Shown: positions 40,725 through 57,263 of the stretch, piece after piece
How the letters are laid out: each line of letters opens with the position of its first letter
Position numbering within the stretch: the stretch's first letter is position 1
From: the human T2T-CHM13v2.0 reference genome, Homo sapiens
Length of the DNA stretch: 64,000 nt
Assembly: GCF_009914755.1 (NCBI RefSeq)
Contig: NC_060927.1
Strand: one strand, 5' to 3'
Translations under genes and position numbers: made by a program
The notes under the pieces: model-generated
The model's input: only the letters and a program-made list of their open reading frames with translations
Told to the model about the DNA's origin: nothing
Databases searched by the model: none

Positions 40725-40994
40725 TAAAATTGGGTAATTTTTATTGTCCTGTCTTTCTTTCACTGATTATTTCCTCTGTCCCTTTCATTCTGCTGTTGAG
40801 TCCATCCAATAAATTTTTTGTTATAGTTATTTTATTTTTTCAGTTCTAAAATTTCTATTTAGTTTTTCTTTATATTTTCTCTTTGTTGATACTTTCTGTT
40901 ATTTGTTGTGACTGTGTTTTTCACTTAAATGTGTTTGTAATTGCTCATTAAATCATTTTTATAATGCCTGCTTTAAAACATCAGATAATTCTTC

Positions 40995-41284
<290 letters not shown>

Positions 41285-41827
41285 TAAAATGTCAATAATT
41301 CTAATATATCTGACATCTCTGTTTTGGCAGTCATTGATTGTCTTTCTTCATTCAGTTTGAGATCTTTCCGGTTTTTGGTGTGATGAGTGATCTTTGAAAT
41401 CTGGACATTTTGGGTATTTTATTATGAGGGAACTGCCTTGTTACTTCCACGTGGAAACAGAGGTTCAGGTTCCCAATTCACCCTCCATAACACCTGACGG
41501 AGAGGCTTCTCATTACTTCTGGGTGGTGATGGGAGTTCAAGCTCCTCACTGGGTTTCCACTGATACCTTCGTGGCTTGGAGGGTAGGAATATCTTATCAC
41601 TGTTTCCCACGTGGCCTTCACTGACACAACATTGTGGGAGAAGACTCACTACCATTGCTGGGTGCTAAAAATCCTGACTTTCTACCAGGTCTCCTCCAAC
41701 ACCATACCAGCAAGGATGGGGAAGGAAAAGGGGAGATTTACTTCCTACTGGGGATAAAAGTCCAGACTCCCTACTTGTTCTTCTCTGACACTACCCTGTT
41801 AGGGTAGGAAGATTGGGATACCTTGTG

Positions 41828-42271
<444 letters not shown>

Positions 42272-43789
42272 TGAATCAGTTTGACCAGTTGCTTCTAAAT
42301 AGCTTTATTAATATGATAAAGTGAATCACCTATTGTAAAGCTGAAGGAGCCTTCTTTCCATAAGAGGTCTTTGGAAGTTAAAAGCCTTTCAAATTTCTTG
42401 TAATAAGAGATAGGTCTTACTTTATTCTACATCTAAGTTAGGGTCTCTCCAACATATGTCCACACTCATCTTCTCACCAGCCCTCTCATGTTCCTCTCCA
42501 GAGTCTATTCTCCAGCAGAAAGTCATTTCGGTAGAGTACACATTAGTTTAATTCAATTTTGATGATGCTGAGAGACATGGGTATATTTTGCTGTGGAATT
42601 TGTGTGTGTTTTAGATTCCAGTCTTGTCCCCTTCTCCACAGGTATCATTTTAAGAAAATCATAATCAGAAGGATAAATGATCCATGTCTTCCTTTAGAGC
42701 TGCATGTAAAGGCACTTTTATTTTTGCCCTTCTCCCAGAGATGAAAGGTATAATGAATACACTACAAATGACTGAATGAGCTACAAGTCAATTGCTCTGA
42801 ACTCTGTATTAATCCCACTTTCAATACAGAATGGAAGATGTCCTATGGTTCATTTAGCTACCAAGTGGTATAAGCTGTTATTCTGTTATTCTCCAGAATT
42901 ATAAAGGATTGCAAAACGTAATGTATAAAAGACAGGCAATAAAATGCTGGACTGCCAAGCAAAGAAGACATTTTTAGTAATTTAAAGGAAGCAATGTATA
43001 GAAGGAACTACAAACTTACTCTTCAGTTCAACATGCAATTGAGATATATGTTTCCACTCCTCTCACCAGAATATTACACTGAAATTTGGAAAGATGCATT
43101 TTGAAAAACTTTTGCAAAGATAAAACTCCTCTAATAGATTTGGACTAATACGAGCATTTCCAATTTCTGTTTTAGTCACTTCCATAAATTAGCTCATAAG
43201 TGGATCAGGCAGAGAAAGTGCTCAGGAAGTGGAGGTGGTAGACTTTGTGTTGGTCCACTTCCAGCCTCAAGACCCCCTGTGCTGTGATGGTAAAACTTGG
43301 AGGGGTTATGGCAATATATGCTTATAAAATTGTGTTTTCACTGAAAGCCTGATGCATTTCTGGATGATAATTCAGATTATTCACTAGAGAGTGACCCTCA
43401 GGGCGACAGTAAGTATACTGCAGAAATGTCTAGATTTCTAAGCTGTTTCCTTGAAGTTCTGAAGTTGCAGAAAGAGGGAAAATAGTGAGCTATCAAAGCA
43501 AACCTTAACATGATATGTCTACAAAGGGAAGGATGGTGAGGGAGGACAGTAAGAGCATCATGATTCAGGGAAGTGCAGTGGGTCAGGCAGCTACCACGAA
43601 GCAGTGTGGGCAAGTCGCCAGATGGGCAGCAAGCTGTGACCTAGTGACAGACAAAGGATTCCCTGCCAAAAAGAAGACTCAAAGATTGTCTCATTGGCTG
43701 TCTTACAGAATCTGAACTTAGGTCAGGCAACGTTCTTTGTGCCATTGACTTGTGACAGCTTTGTTTGGTTTAATATAAGTGTGCTAGTC

Positions 43790-44030
43790 AACAATTAAGA
43801 ACAAGCCTTTGACCCAAACAAATCTATTTCAAAATTAAACCCTGTCACTACAAAGTTGGGCTTGTTTTCTTAATTCTACACAGCTATTTTCCCTCATCTT
43901 TCAAAAGAGAGATAAAGATGTCTCTCTTATAGGGTTGTTGCAATCATTTAAATGTGATAATGTATTGAAATGCTTGGCACACACTAAGACATCAGGAATA
44001 ATAACTGATAATATCTGTCATCATCATTAT
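43790..44030 (+). mobile_element. MIR
   Basis: ctcttatagggttgttgcaatcatttaaatgtgataatgtattgaaatgcttggcacac. Confidence 0.65.
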
Positions 44031-46438
44031 CAGTTACTTATCTGAAATAAATTTTTCTATAGCTTGTTCCAATTGTGATAGTTATTCAAAAGCAAGCTTC
44101 AGACAAACTAACATAGTTTGATAATTTGTGGGGTAATACAGTATTTTATTAGGTACATGTGAATGGTGGCAGATTAGCTTTGTCTGCCCCTTGATAAATT
44201 CTTGTTTAAAAGTGGCCGAGCTCCTGGATACATGCTCCCTAGATGAGGGCCATGCCATGATTTGACACCTGCTCAGAAATACTTCTGCTGCAGAGGTTTC
44301 CTGCCAAATCATCAAAGTTTTAGAAGACAGTATTTTCAGCCAACAAAGCACTTAAAAGAGGTGTTTCCAGTTTTGGAGGCAAGGCCAACTACAGGTGCAA
44401 AGTGGGTGATTAGCAAATGCAGCTGCTGAAAATGTTTTACCTATTAACCTTATACTTTTCCCTGGAAGTCAGAGGAGAAAGATGTTGGTTTAAATTATAA
44501 TTGAAGTTTACCATCTAGATTTGGAGCATTGGACTGTGGTGGGAAAGATGGCCAGACCAAGGCTTTCGGCTCTCTCCATTCCACAGGCGAGGCTTGGGCT
44601 TTGCTCTGTAAACCATCTGGAAATGAGGTCCTCCCTTCCCGGGTCCGATTGCCCCAGGGCTTAGCTTCTGAACACAATCACGAGGCTCTGCCAGGACTTT
44701 GGTTAAGGCTCTTCCACTGCAGTTGCTGGCCTGGATGCCATTAACACAGATCCATTAGTCCCAGGAACCTGGCCTCTTTCAGCCCCTTGGGTCTTGTCTC
44801 CCTCCCTGCTTGTCCTAGGAAACTTTCCTCTCCTCCCCAGCGTGATCAGCAGTAAAAGCACTTAGGTTTCTTTCCCTGCATGATCTGCACTACGCCTTGG
44901 ACAGAACTGCTTAGTAGTGCTTGGAGCACACACACTGTAAAGGAATTTGGGGATATGCTAATAAGGAAGCCCATAACCAAAAGCAAGAAGATTCACAATC
45001 AAATTGCAATAAATCTGCAGAGACTCCTTAAAGAACAAGACACACAGGAAAAGGCTGACTGCTGGAAAGACTGCTTTGCAAATGAATGGTACGGCTGCTG
45101 AATCTTCGAAAAGACAGCAGTACCCTCAGAAGTACTAACCCAGCCACATATTAGCCCAAATGACTGGCCGATGAATGATAGTGCCATGTGTACAATCTCT
45201 CTCAGAAGAGTTTCTGGAAGGATTTGGGCTTAAATGCTGATGTGGAAAGTAAATAAAATGTTCCAACTGGCTTTTCCCTCTACCTCCTCAACCAACTGCC
45301 CCTGCCTCATTTCCCAAATTTGTATTCTCTCCTGTTTGCTTTGCCTACCTCAACAGTCTTGAACAGAACAGAGTTGCTAAGTAACATGTAACTCCATCAC
45401 ATTTTCATCCTAAAAGACCAAATTAGTATATCAGTGAATGCCATTTCCGTAGGATCACAATAAGTATGATTCATAAGTTAAGATTTTGAGGTTAAAAAGG
45501 AACACAAGAAGCAAAATAATTTTGAATAAATTCATATGGATGGTTTAAAGGATTACCTATACTCTATTTGTTGGATTCATTGAAGCTTAGGAGGTACTAT
45601 ATTATATTAGATGAAATTTTAAAGTGGCATTTCTCCTCAGGAAAACTCACAGGTCCGAAAGTATATGCTGGAGCACTTTTCTCATTACTTTTAATGTAAC
45701 AAAGTTTTATTTTCCTCATTTAGTCTTCAATCAGTGATCCAGAGGCATAGCAGAACAAGACAATACTGTATGTCATACCAGGTTAAATGCTGATCTTCTC
45801 AATGCCAGGTTTAGGCTTTATAAATGAAGAGCAAATAACTTTTTCTTCTTAGTTGCAGACAGAGTGTTGCTTAGCTGTTTGATTCTATGACAAGAAGAAA
45901 TAGAAGTGTTCCAACTTAACAGTTGGTGCTTTTTTTTAAGACCCCTTTTTCTATTTACTTTAAGCCTAGTTCTTAAAACTCCAAGGGACCTTGGGATTCA
46001 ATGGTAACAGAAAATCATGGGATCTAAAAGTGATGTGGGCAAGGACACATCATGCTTCTCAGAAGGCTATAACTTGCCCACTGTCCTGTGAGTGGGAGCT
46101 GAATTAATGGTTAAGGATTTGCAGATTTAGGCTCTGTATTCTTTCTGGATATAGATGGAAAACTAAGGAACAGAGATGGAGGATCCTATACAAGTAAGTT
46201 ACAGAGGTAGACTAGCATAAATTCCTCAGTGACTCTTTGGCTCAGATTGAAAGAACTTTATTTTGAGAACTGAAGACAAACTGGGCTGGTTTATAGCCAA
46301 ATTCCACTTTGGTTGGAGGTCATCTTAATTCCCCACTCGGCCTCACACCTGAATGTTCAACTATACAGACAACAGTGCTGGTCACTCAGGCTGTTTCAGG
46401 CAGCACAAAACTTGGGCTTTTATCAAGAAAGAGTTTAG

Positions 46439-46769
<331 letters not shown>

Positions 46770-47089
46770 TGAGGATTATGAGTTTGGTATATGTAAAGTA
46801 AATAGGAGAGTTTGGGTCCCTATTAAGAGCTCAGAAAATATTAACTCCTATCCTTTTGTTTGATGATCTGACTTTCAAAAGGCCTGTTCAATCACAGCTG
46901 CAAGGGGACTTAGAATCATCCAGCGCAATATCCTTATTTTACATGAGAACACTGCAGAGAAAGGAAGTGGCTTCCGACTTAATTTGTGACAGACACAGGT
47001 CCCCAAATTGCTAGTTCAGGGTTTTCCTGTTTTATTTTGTTTGTGTTTTCTTATACTAGTCTCCCTCTAAATCAGCCTTTGCCCTTCTG

Positions 47090-47955
<866 letters not shown>

Positions 47956-49025
47956 GCAATGTGTCAACAGGATTTGTGGGATGTTCAAAAGAGTATGTTT
48001 CCTCAGGTGTTTTAGTCATATAATAAAACTAAGCAAATGTTCTATCCTTAATTAAATATGCTGTGGCAGCGGACTTTCCAACACATAAAAATTTACCTTT
48101 TTTTTAAAAAAAATCATAACCTGGTCATTTTGTATTTGCATAGCTAAACCTACAGACATCTATCTTTCTTGAGTTAATTGTTAGGAAATACTCTGCAAAG
48201 CCAAACCAAAACCACAACCACTTTCTGAAAACTCTGTAAAGAATATATTTCCATTCTGGTGAATCAAGAGAAAATACATTTGTTTCATTCTGTCTCTTTC
48301 TGGGCTCTGAGAGAAACTTCAAAGAAAACAAAATGTAGACAGGAGGTCAGCTTTCATGAATCAGATTTCATCTTGATCGGCTTTTTATAGACCTATAGCA
48401 AAGTAGAGCCCTGAAAATTGTGTTAGGTAATGGGGATTCTGACAGACCCTTTAACTATGTGGAACTAGGAGGTTCTGCTATAATTCTGCTGCTTCAGATG
48501 AAAATTTCAAGTGTTTTCATTAGTTACAACAGCTGTTTCTATTACAGATAACAGATCTCAGAGGTGGTGATGCTGATATCAACTTCTACTGGGCTCAGAA
48601 CACAGTGTAGCTTGTACAATTAGGTTTTTTTTTTTAATTATTTTTTTTTCTGCACACGCAAATTAACTCTGTAGCAGTAAAAGGAAATTACTTACTTGCT
48701 ACCGGAATTGTCTGAAAGTGATACAATCATCTTTTGTAGAGTCACATTAATCAAATTAAAAGCCCTTGGGAAAAATTTGGCACCCTGTTCCTTCCCATTC
48801 ACATCTTCCTCAAGACCTCTCATTTAGAAAGTGATGATCATTATCAGGACTTTTAATTTGGAAAGATTGGCTGCTCACCAGTGAGCCTTTCTAGATACCC
48901 AGTGGTTGGGTAGAGTGGCTGTACTGTGTTTCAGCCTTGGAGGCCTTGACTTTACTATCCTCCTGCTTGCTTGAATGTATGATTTCTAGCCTGGGACACA
49001 CAACCACAGTCCTGCTACTCTACAT

Positions 49026-49606
49026 TGTTACCAAGATGGCGCCATCATTTTATTCTCTCATTGAATACAAATATTAATCCTTCATTGAGAGGAGGTGGAT
49101 TGATTCTTCCAACTCTTGGAACCTAAGCTGGCCTGTGACTGCTTTGATGAGTGGAATGTGGTGGGATTTGCTGTGCAAGTTCTAGGCTTACCCTTTAAGA
49201 GGATTGATGGTTTCTACTTCCTTTCTCTTAAAATACTCCCCTTCTTGACACCCAGTTCATAGGAGCACATTCTGTGATGGATTTGCCACTATTTTGCCAC
49301 GCTGTTTAAAGCCCAATTCACATAGAGAGGCCACGGTTAGGTACTCCAGTCAACTACCTCAGTGATTAGTGTCAACTGTAAGCCACGTGAGTGAACCATC
49401 TTGGATTTCAGTCCATTTTAGCCTTCAGATGACTCCAGCCCCATGCATGGAAGCCATTTGACTAAACTGCATGAGATGCATTGAGTAAGAGCCACCTACA
49501 GGAGTTTGGTCAACTCAAAGAACTAACTGTGAGATAATTTTGAATTGTTGTTTTAAACTGCTACATTTGGAGTGGTTTGGTTTGTAACGCAGCAATAGAT
49601 AACAAC
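49026..49606 (+). mobile_element. MLT1G/H-type LTR
   Basis: gctggcctgtgactgctttga...agccttcagatgactccagcccc...gcagcaatagataac. Confidence 0.78.
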
Positions 49607-49852
49607 TGTAATGTCGCAAAATAGTGGCAAATCCATCATAGGATGTGCTCCTATGAACATGGGTATCAAAGATCTTTTAAGTGAGATGAAATTAGTTGTT
49701 GTTTACATGATATAGACAGATATCATGTCAATCCTTATTGTATCTTTTTAGCTGGTCCCTAGAAGTTAATAATTGGATTATTGTTCTGTTACCGTTTGGA
49801 TTTGTAAATACAAATATTTACTGTACAAATGCAATTTTTTTGGGAGAGGTAA

Positions 49853-50378
<526 letters not shown>

Positions 50379-50712
50379 TTCTAAACAACTATTTCTATAG
50401 CCAACAGAGATATGTGATTATATTGCTTGAGTCTCATGAGGACCACGTTTGGCTGCTCTATCTCTAATTCCTCTTGCCAGTCCTTCTTAGTCTCTGTCAT
50501 GGGCTTCTCCGCCTAAGTTTGAAATGTGCTCCTCAAGGCCCTCTTCTCTCCTTACTCTATTATACTCTTTCTAAGCCATGATTTCAGCTAATGACAATTT
50601 GCCAATGACTAAGAAATATCTATCTTTATTCAGTCTTTTATCCGGAACCCCAGGCTTTTGTATTTCCTGTTGGATGTCTTGCCAGCACCCTATGTGAACA
50701 TAGGTGCACTTT

Positions 50713-51392
50713 CGTGCCAGTTGTTAACCTATAGCCTTGCAACTCCAAATCCGCTCTTTTATACTCAGCTCTGTGATAAATATGGCTGGGACTCTGCAAT
50801 TCCATTTCTTTTTTGCCAACTGTTAGATTCTGTCATCAGAGGGCATTAGAAGGAGAAAGAAGGGACTTGCTTCTTCTTTGCTTCTTGTTTACTTCTGTCT
50901 GCTTTAGGGTTCCTGGGAGTATCTCTTCAACAAACCTTCAATCAGAAACATACTTTCTTTTCTGTAGTAGCAGCCAAATTTAGTTTTTCCAAAAGTTGCA
51001 AACTACATCCATTACTACCCGCCTCCCCATCACTTCCCATAGCACCGGTGGGTCAGTGGCCCCTTCTTGGAGGTTTGGGTCCCAGCCCTTCAGGACTCTA
51101 ACCTCAGGGACACCAGTACCAGCTGAGCAGCACCTTCTAGTGGGGAGTCTGAGTTTTGGCTTAGTAGGGTCCCTGCTCCAAGTTTCTAAGTTTTGGCCAT
51201 TCCAACTTCTCTTTGATTCCCCAGCCCGAAGACATGGTGGTTGCTTTCTTTAATGGTTTTCTTTGTGACAACTTACTGTTCTCCTTTGCTTCTTCAGTTA
51301 CCTAATTAACAACTTCATAAGTTACTTAACCATTCTTTATATTAAATTTCCATTCATATATCTGGCATGGTTTCTTTCTCCCAACTGAATTC
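50713..51392 (+). mobile_element. LTR41-like ERVL LTR inserted in L2
   Basis: ctccaaatccgctcttttatactcagctctgtga...ggctgggactctgcaa...attctttatattaaattt...ggtttctttctcc. Confidence 0.7.
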
Positions 51393-51399
51393 TAAAGGC

Positions 51400-52225
51400 A
51401 TTTATATTCTTGGCCAAAAGCTGCTCCTATGAGAGTGTCTTCTTCTTTAGTAAGTGGCACCAGCAAACCTTTCCCTATTCCCTGCTCAATTGCTCAAGCA
51501 AGTATCTAGGCATCATTCTTAACCTTTTCTTTTCTCTCAACTCCCAGATCCCATCAGTTGAACAAGGCCTATAGATGTGGCTTCCTGAATATTTCTTAGG
51601 TCCGTCTGCTTTCTCTTCTTCTCTGTGCCCACAACCCTAAACCAAGACACCAGCATATCTCACCTGGATGATGATCCCTACTTTATAACTGACTTCCCCA
51701 CATTTCTGTAGCCCCTCAATCTCTTCTCCCCACCACAGCCCTAAAGATGTCTTAAAAACATTTTCTAGTTAAATATACTCTAAAACATTCCAAACCTAAT
51801 TTATAAGTCCTTCTGTAATTTCTCCTGCCTCTGCACTTCATTTTGAAATATCTTCTGTACGTTCTGGTTAGTTTTTGAATGTGCCATGCTTTTTTAAAAA
51901 ACACTTCAGTACGAAGTGGTCCCTCTGTTTAGAAATATCCCCTTTTACCTGGAAAACCACTACACATTCTTTAAATGCTGTATAAATATCATTTTCTTAG
52001 AGGCAGTGTTTCTGACCTCCCAGACAAGGCTATTCTGCCATTTGTTTCCATAGATCATTGAACATCCCCTTTATTTTGCAATATTCAGTTAGCCCATAAG
52101 TAGCTTTGTAGATCATAAGGACCATACAGGCAAGAGCTGTGCCTGTCTTGCTGAGCACAATATTTCCAATATCTAACTATTTTTTCTGGCATGGTAGATA
52201 TGTATTCAACACATATTTGCTGACA
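51400..52225 (+). mobile_element. L2 fragment (continues 50440-50700)
   Basis: gtaagtggcacc...atctcacctggat...tggcatggtagatatgtattcaacacatatttgctga. Confidence 0.75.
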
Positions 52226-52252
52226 GTCAGTTTCTGGGTTTTTTTGTACATA

Positions 52253-52653
52253 CAGTGGACTCTTGAGCAACATGGGTTTGAAATGTGTAGGTCCATTTAT
52301 AGGCATATTTTCTTCTGCTTTTGCCACCACTGAGACAGCAAGACCAATCACCTCCTCAGCCAATTCGACATGAAGACAACAAGGGTGAAGACCTTCACTT
52401 CCACTGAATGAATAGTAAATATATTTTCTCTTCATTATGATTGTCTTAATAACATTTTCTTTTTTCTAGCTTACATTATTGTAAGAATACAGTATATAAT
52501 ACATATATACAATACGTGTGAATCAACGCTTTATGTTACCATAAGGCTTTCAGTCAATAGTAGGCTATTGGTAGTTAAGTTTTTAGGGAGCCAAAAGCTA
52601 ATTGTAGATTTTTGACTGTGCTCCTAACCACCACGTTGTTCAAGGGTCAACTG
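52253..52653 (+). mobile_element. Tigger2a (MER28) TcMar DNA transposon
   Basis: TIRs cagtggactcttgagcaaca / gttgttcaagggtcaactg with TA duplication on both sides. Confidence 0.92.
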
Positions 52654-53446
52654 TATATCACAGGGCCTCTGAGTTCATTACAAAAGACACGTGTTTCCTC
52701 AGGTGCTCCAGAATCCCTTAGGGTTGGCTTTTAAACTGAAGGTTCTTTTGTTTGTTTCACATCTCCTGATGCCAGTCTCCCCTGGTGGGTTCTTACAGTG
52801 ATGGGAGGAAGATGAATGGGGAGTTGATTGATCAGAACTTAATACTTTGAGTTTGACTGGAGAACCAAGATTACTAACTTTCACATTTTCAGAGGGTCCT
52901 GTTGTGTCACACAAGTCTCCTGAGTACTTGGGTCCAGGTGCATCTCGGCACTTCCTGCATTTAAACCCCAGTAGCCAATGATGGGATGTTCCTCTATTTC
53001 TAACAATTAGTATGTTAGTCCTTTACTAAAAACATCAATGTGCTAGTTTCTTTGTAGTTCCCTGAAATGTAGTCATTATTCCTCAAGTGAAAAAAGTGGA
53101 AATATAGTTGAGGAGTGGACTAAAACACTGATGAAAGGGCTTTAAAGAATTATAAAACCGAGAACGAAGGCGCAGATAATGAAAATAGAATATGAAAATG
53201 AGCATGATAATGAAGAAAAATCACGAAAGCATATGAACACAGCCTGTTGGAAAAGAAGCAGATTAAATAAATCCATATTTGATTTTGGTCACACTTCCAG
53301 GGAGAGAGCTGCATTTAATTAAAAAAGGAAAACAAAAAAACAAACCAAAGAACTTGGGTTTCTTTTTATCCTCCAAACAGATTTGACCCAAAATGGACAT
53401 TTTCTTTGAGAATAATAGATCTTTTTCCTTCAGCTCAAAGTTTTAC

Positions 53447-53530
53447 CTTTTGGATCATATTCCACACACGTTCATTATTGTTTCTTCTTCCTTCAAGGGT
53501 GTCCATAGCATCTGCCATTAGTGACTGCAG
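53447..53530 (-). CDS. SPATA16: SPATA16 penultimate coding exon (84 nt, phase 0/0)
   Basis: tttttatcttggtgccacag|CTGCAGTCA...ATCCAAAAG|gtaaaa; encodes LQSLMADAMDTLEGRRNNNERVWNMIQK, in frame with both neighbours. Confidence 0.95.
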
Positions 53531-56104
53531 CTGTGGCACCAAGATAAAAATTATCAGTGTGGAATTCACACAGAAATAACTTCTCTAAATACACAGATTA
53601 AAACCTAATTAAAAAATCATTTGTACGCTGATGATTTTATTACTCATCTTTCCTACAATGAATATTGCCACCTCATCTTTGCTTGTCATTGCCGAATATT
53701 ATTGCAGATATAAAATACTGAAACAATGAAAAGATTCTTCTCGAAAATTTGTAAAAAACATATAGGTTTTAATGTAGTAAGTGTTGATGTTTTGTGAAAA
53801 ACAGATTGGGGTTGTAAAGAATGAAGGCAGTAGTTAATTCTCTCAGGAAATGGCATGTAGTACATGAAGGCATTTTAGCGTTTTCTCCTGAGGCTAATGT
53901 ATCATAATTCTAGGCATCAAGCAAAAGCTCACCAGAGGACAATACTACAATTATGCTGTTTTATTGCCTCTTAAAGAATCTAGCTCATTTAACTTCTTTT
54001 ACTGTTTTTTTCTTTGTTAAAATTTTAAAATAGCCAAGTTTTTTTTATTTTTAGGTCCCATTCGAAGGCAAGTTTTAAACATTCTAACCTTTGCCCCAAA
54101 CAGGCACCTGCTGTACTCTAATGTGAAAGTATCCTGTACACATGGTGTGTATTTGACCACGAAAGTGAAATGAAGTTACATCAAGCCATGTGCTATTCAA
54201 AGGTTAAAAAAAGTTCTTAAAAAATACCAGTTCAGTTCACTATGACATCAAACAGTAATGGACCTTAGATAATCTTTCTTTGGTTTAGATATTGCAGCGT
54301 GAAAGCAGGAGGAGAGATAATTGAGTCACTCAAAATCTTCTATTAAGCAATCACTGTTTAGATAGCAGCATACAGGGTATTACTAGGATTAATTCTCTAG
54401 GTTAACCCACACTTGTAAGTTGCAAAGTAAAATCTATTATTGAAGGTCATCAAACCTTATAAGATATATAATGTTTAAATGCTTGGCATACAGATATACA
54501 TCCACATATATTTAAATATTTTTCTGCTGGGTATATAAGTACAAAAATATCCAATGAAATTTCATTTTATAGGGTTTCAAATAGAGAAAAATTACACTTT
54601 AGAAAGGAATGTCAATAATGCTAGTTTGAGGCTCTTTGTATATATTTTGAAAAATAAGTATTTCCAGTAAAAAAAAAAATATAGATGTGTGATTAAGAAG
54701 ACTTAAGTGCAGAGAATTCCCCTGTATTTTTCATTTAAATCTTGAATGTGCTTTTCAGGAAGACAGGATCAACATTTTGCCGGCTTCTTAAATTAACATT
54801 TTCTTTGCTTCCTCTTATCTCAGAGGAGCATTAATCATCTAAAACAGGCTACAATATGCACTTTGAAAGCTCCATACTTACTATACTTCTGAGTGCCTTA
54901 TGAATGGCAGGATAAACATTTAACCTTTTAGAAGGTGTTCTTTTGCACACAACCATAAAGTTTAGAAAGTATTATTGCCAGTTTTGACTTGGTAATTCCT
55001 TGATTCATAGACTTATTTCATAGTTTTCATCTTTAGTATGCATAGTTTTATTATTTGGCTAGTCATACAACTTCCTGTGCTTACTCTGAATATCAGTATT
55101 TATTTAACATGCTTTTAGCAGGTTTAGATGAACATTATAAATGTTGGCAGCTCATTTCTTGAGTAAATCTTAAAAAGCTCAAAGGGGGAGGGTTTCTTTA
55201 GTCATCTGAAAATTACAGGTAATCAGTTTGGGCTGTTCTCATCATTACTATGTGAATTCAATTCAGGGCTATAATTAGTTTTAGCTGCTCTCAATTAAAG
55301 CTTCTAAGTAAAGGGCCTTTCCCTACAACACACTAGGAGCTTCATATAGAGTAAATTTTACCTTTCCTTGAACAGGCAGCACACTGTTTAGTAAACTGTT
55401 TTTCAAATGAGGTGCTATCATTTCTAATATTAATTATGGTTATAATATGCACATCTGTCTGAAGATTATTTCTGTGAGAATCCCTTCAACTAGTTTTTGC
55501 CTGGGTCTGTGTGTGGCTAAAGTGTCTGGTTTTCTGAATAAACTCATCAGTTCAGCTAAAAAAACCCCATCTATTTTGACTAGCTATGTTTTCCCTTCAA
55601 ATAAACAGCTTTTGTTGATTTATCTAAGTGTACTAGTGTTGGCACTGCCAATATCTATTTTAACCCTAGAAGTGATTAAGAAAACTCTAAAGATGATTTT
55701 CTAGGGTCATTTTTCTATACAGCAATTACTCTTTTGTCCTCTCACTTTTTCATAAAAGAGAATCATATATCAATATATCTTGGAGTTTATTAAACAATCT
55801 CATTTTACCAAAAACCAGAAGCCTGACACATGATATAAATAACCAGCCTCTTTCTATGTTTTTACACATCACAACGTTTTTGCTGTAATAATGGAAGCTA
55901 GTTAATGTGAGCAAATAAAAACCAGACACACACCTTCCTACATTTTTCAGTTTTGCCATTAGAATGCTTCAAGAAGGTTTGGGAGTTTGCCCTCAGGCTA
56001 CATTTATTACCACAGGATTTTTGTTTTTTTTTTTTTCCCCAGACCATATCACTTTTCTGTTGGCTCTGGGCCTATGAAACCCTTAAACAAAGAAAAATAC
56101 TTAC

Positions 56105-56269
56105 CAATTCTGCCTCCTGTTGACTGATGTCCTGTAGGTAGGGAATGGTTGCTAGCTCTGCCATTGCTTGATTAATCACCTGGGACTGCTCCTTTACTCT
56201 CTGCAGCTGGCTGAGGAGGCTGGCATATTGCAACTTCTCCATCACACCTGAGGATGCAGGAAAACTCCC
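56105..56269 (-). CDS. SPATA16: SPATA16 internal coding exon (third from last, 165 nt, phase 0/0)
   Basis: Minus strand reads ttttactttgagactag|GGGAGTTTT...GCAGAATTG|gtaagtat. It translates without stops to GSFPASSGVMEKLQYASLLSQLQRVKEQSQVINQAMAELATIPYLQDISQQEAEL and joins the next exon in frame. I recognise the peptide as the SPATA16 C-terminal region. Confidence 0.93.
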
Positions 56270-57263
56270 CTAGTCTCAAAGTAAAAGAAATGTTTTAGAA
56301 CAAAACCACGGAAATAGACCTCTCCCCAGGGCTGGAAGTCAGGGCTTGTGATAACGTATTTACATCTTTTGAAATAACGGAATCTAGTACAAATACATGT
56401 TTCCTTCTACCATTTTACAGAATTGTCTTATACCTCTTTTTCTAGTAGGTAAATATACATAAAAGGGAGTCCTTTGGAGAACTGTTGAGACGGATTTGCT
56501 GATTGTCTTGCATTAGGGAGCTAGGCTGAGGGGAAAAGAGGGGACTAAATTTGAATCTGCACTTCACTCACCCAGGAGTGATCCCACAGAGCTGTGTCTG
56601 CCTAGAAGGGGCGACTTTATCTATATCACCAAAGCATCATAAAAGGTAAGAGTTGCCTACTATCTTGTTTATCTGAAAGAAAATTTTTTAATGCAAGTTG
56701 AATCTTGACAAACGTTGTATAAGTTGAATTCTGTTTACCCCAATAGCTTGCATGAAACCTCTAAGCTCTGCTTTTATTTCCAGTTCTTATTGGATAGCCT
56801 TGCACAGTCTCCTTTTCTTTTTGACTAGCTTCCCTCTGTCTACTGGGACCATTTCAACAACTAACATGTTCCATCTGGACACAGACTACTGTGTGCCTTT
56901 GTAAGGACTGCCAACTCCCATGGCATTTTGGGCTTTGTTAAGATGGGGCGCATTTAGAAAAAAGTGGCCCACCAAGGTGCCTGTTACTGCCATCCACAAA
57001 AGAGGAGACATTATCTTCTATAAAAATGTTTAATACAAATTGTAATGCTTGATAGGAGAGGCAACGTTAGTCATGAAATTCTTAAGTTTATCTTTAAGAA
57101 AAAGTACTTTTGATTTGGGGGTATATAAGGGTTAACATAAAAGCCTTGAGTTTCTGCTGCATTTAGAGGGTGATGAGAAATGGGAATTCAAAAGAGGACT
57201 TAGTTTGGCAATTGCATTTTACATCCTGGTGCTCAGAAGAGAAGTGACCAAGTGCCCCTTTAG

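Noticed and set aside
49035-49046. 12-bp palindrome gatggcgccatc with YY1-like cores
   Set aside because: A single short palindrome inside an MLT1 LTR; expected by chance in 64 kb.
54055-54067. Plus-strand 13-nt micro-exon with AG|GCAAGT donor
   Set aside because: Antisense to SPATA16 with no supporting partner exons; likely chance in T-rich sequence.
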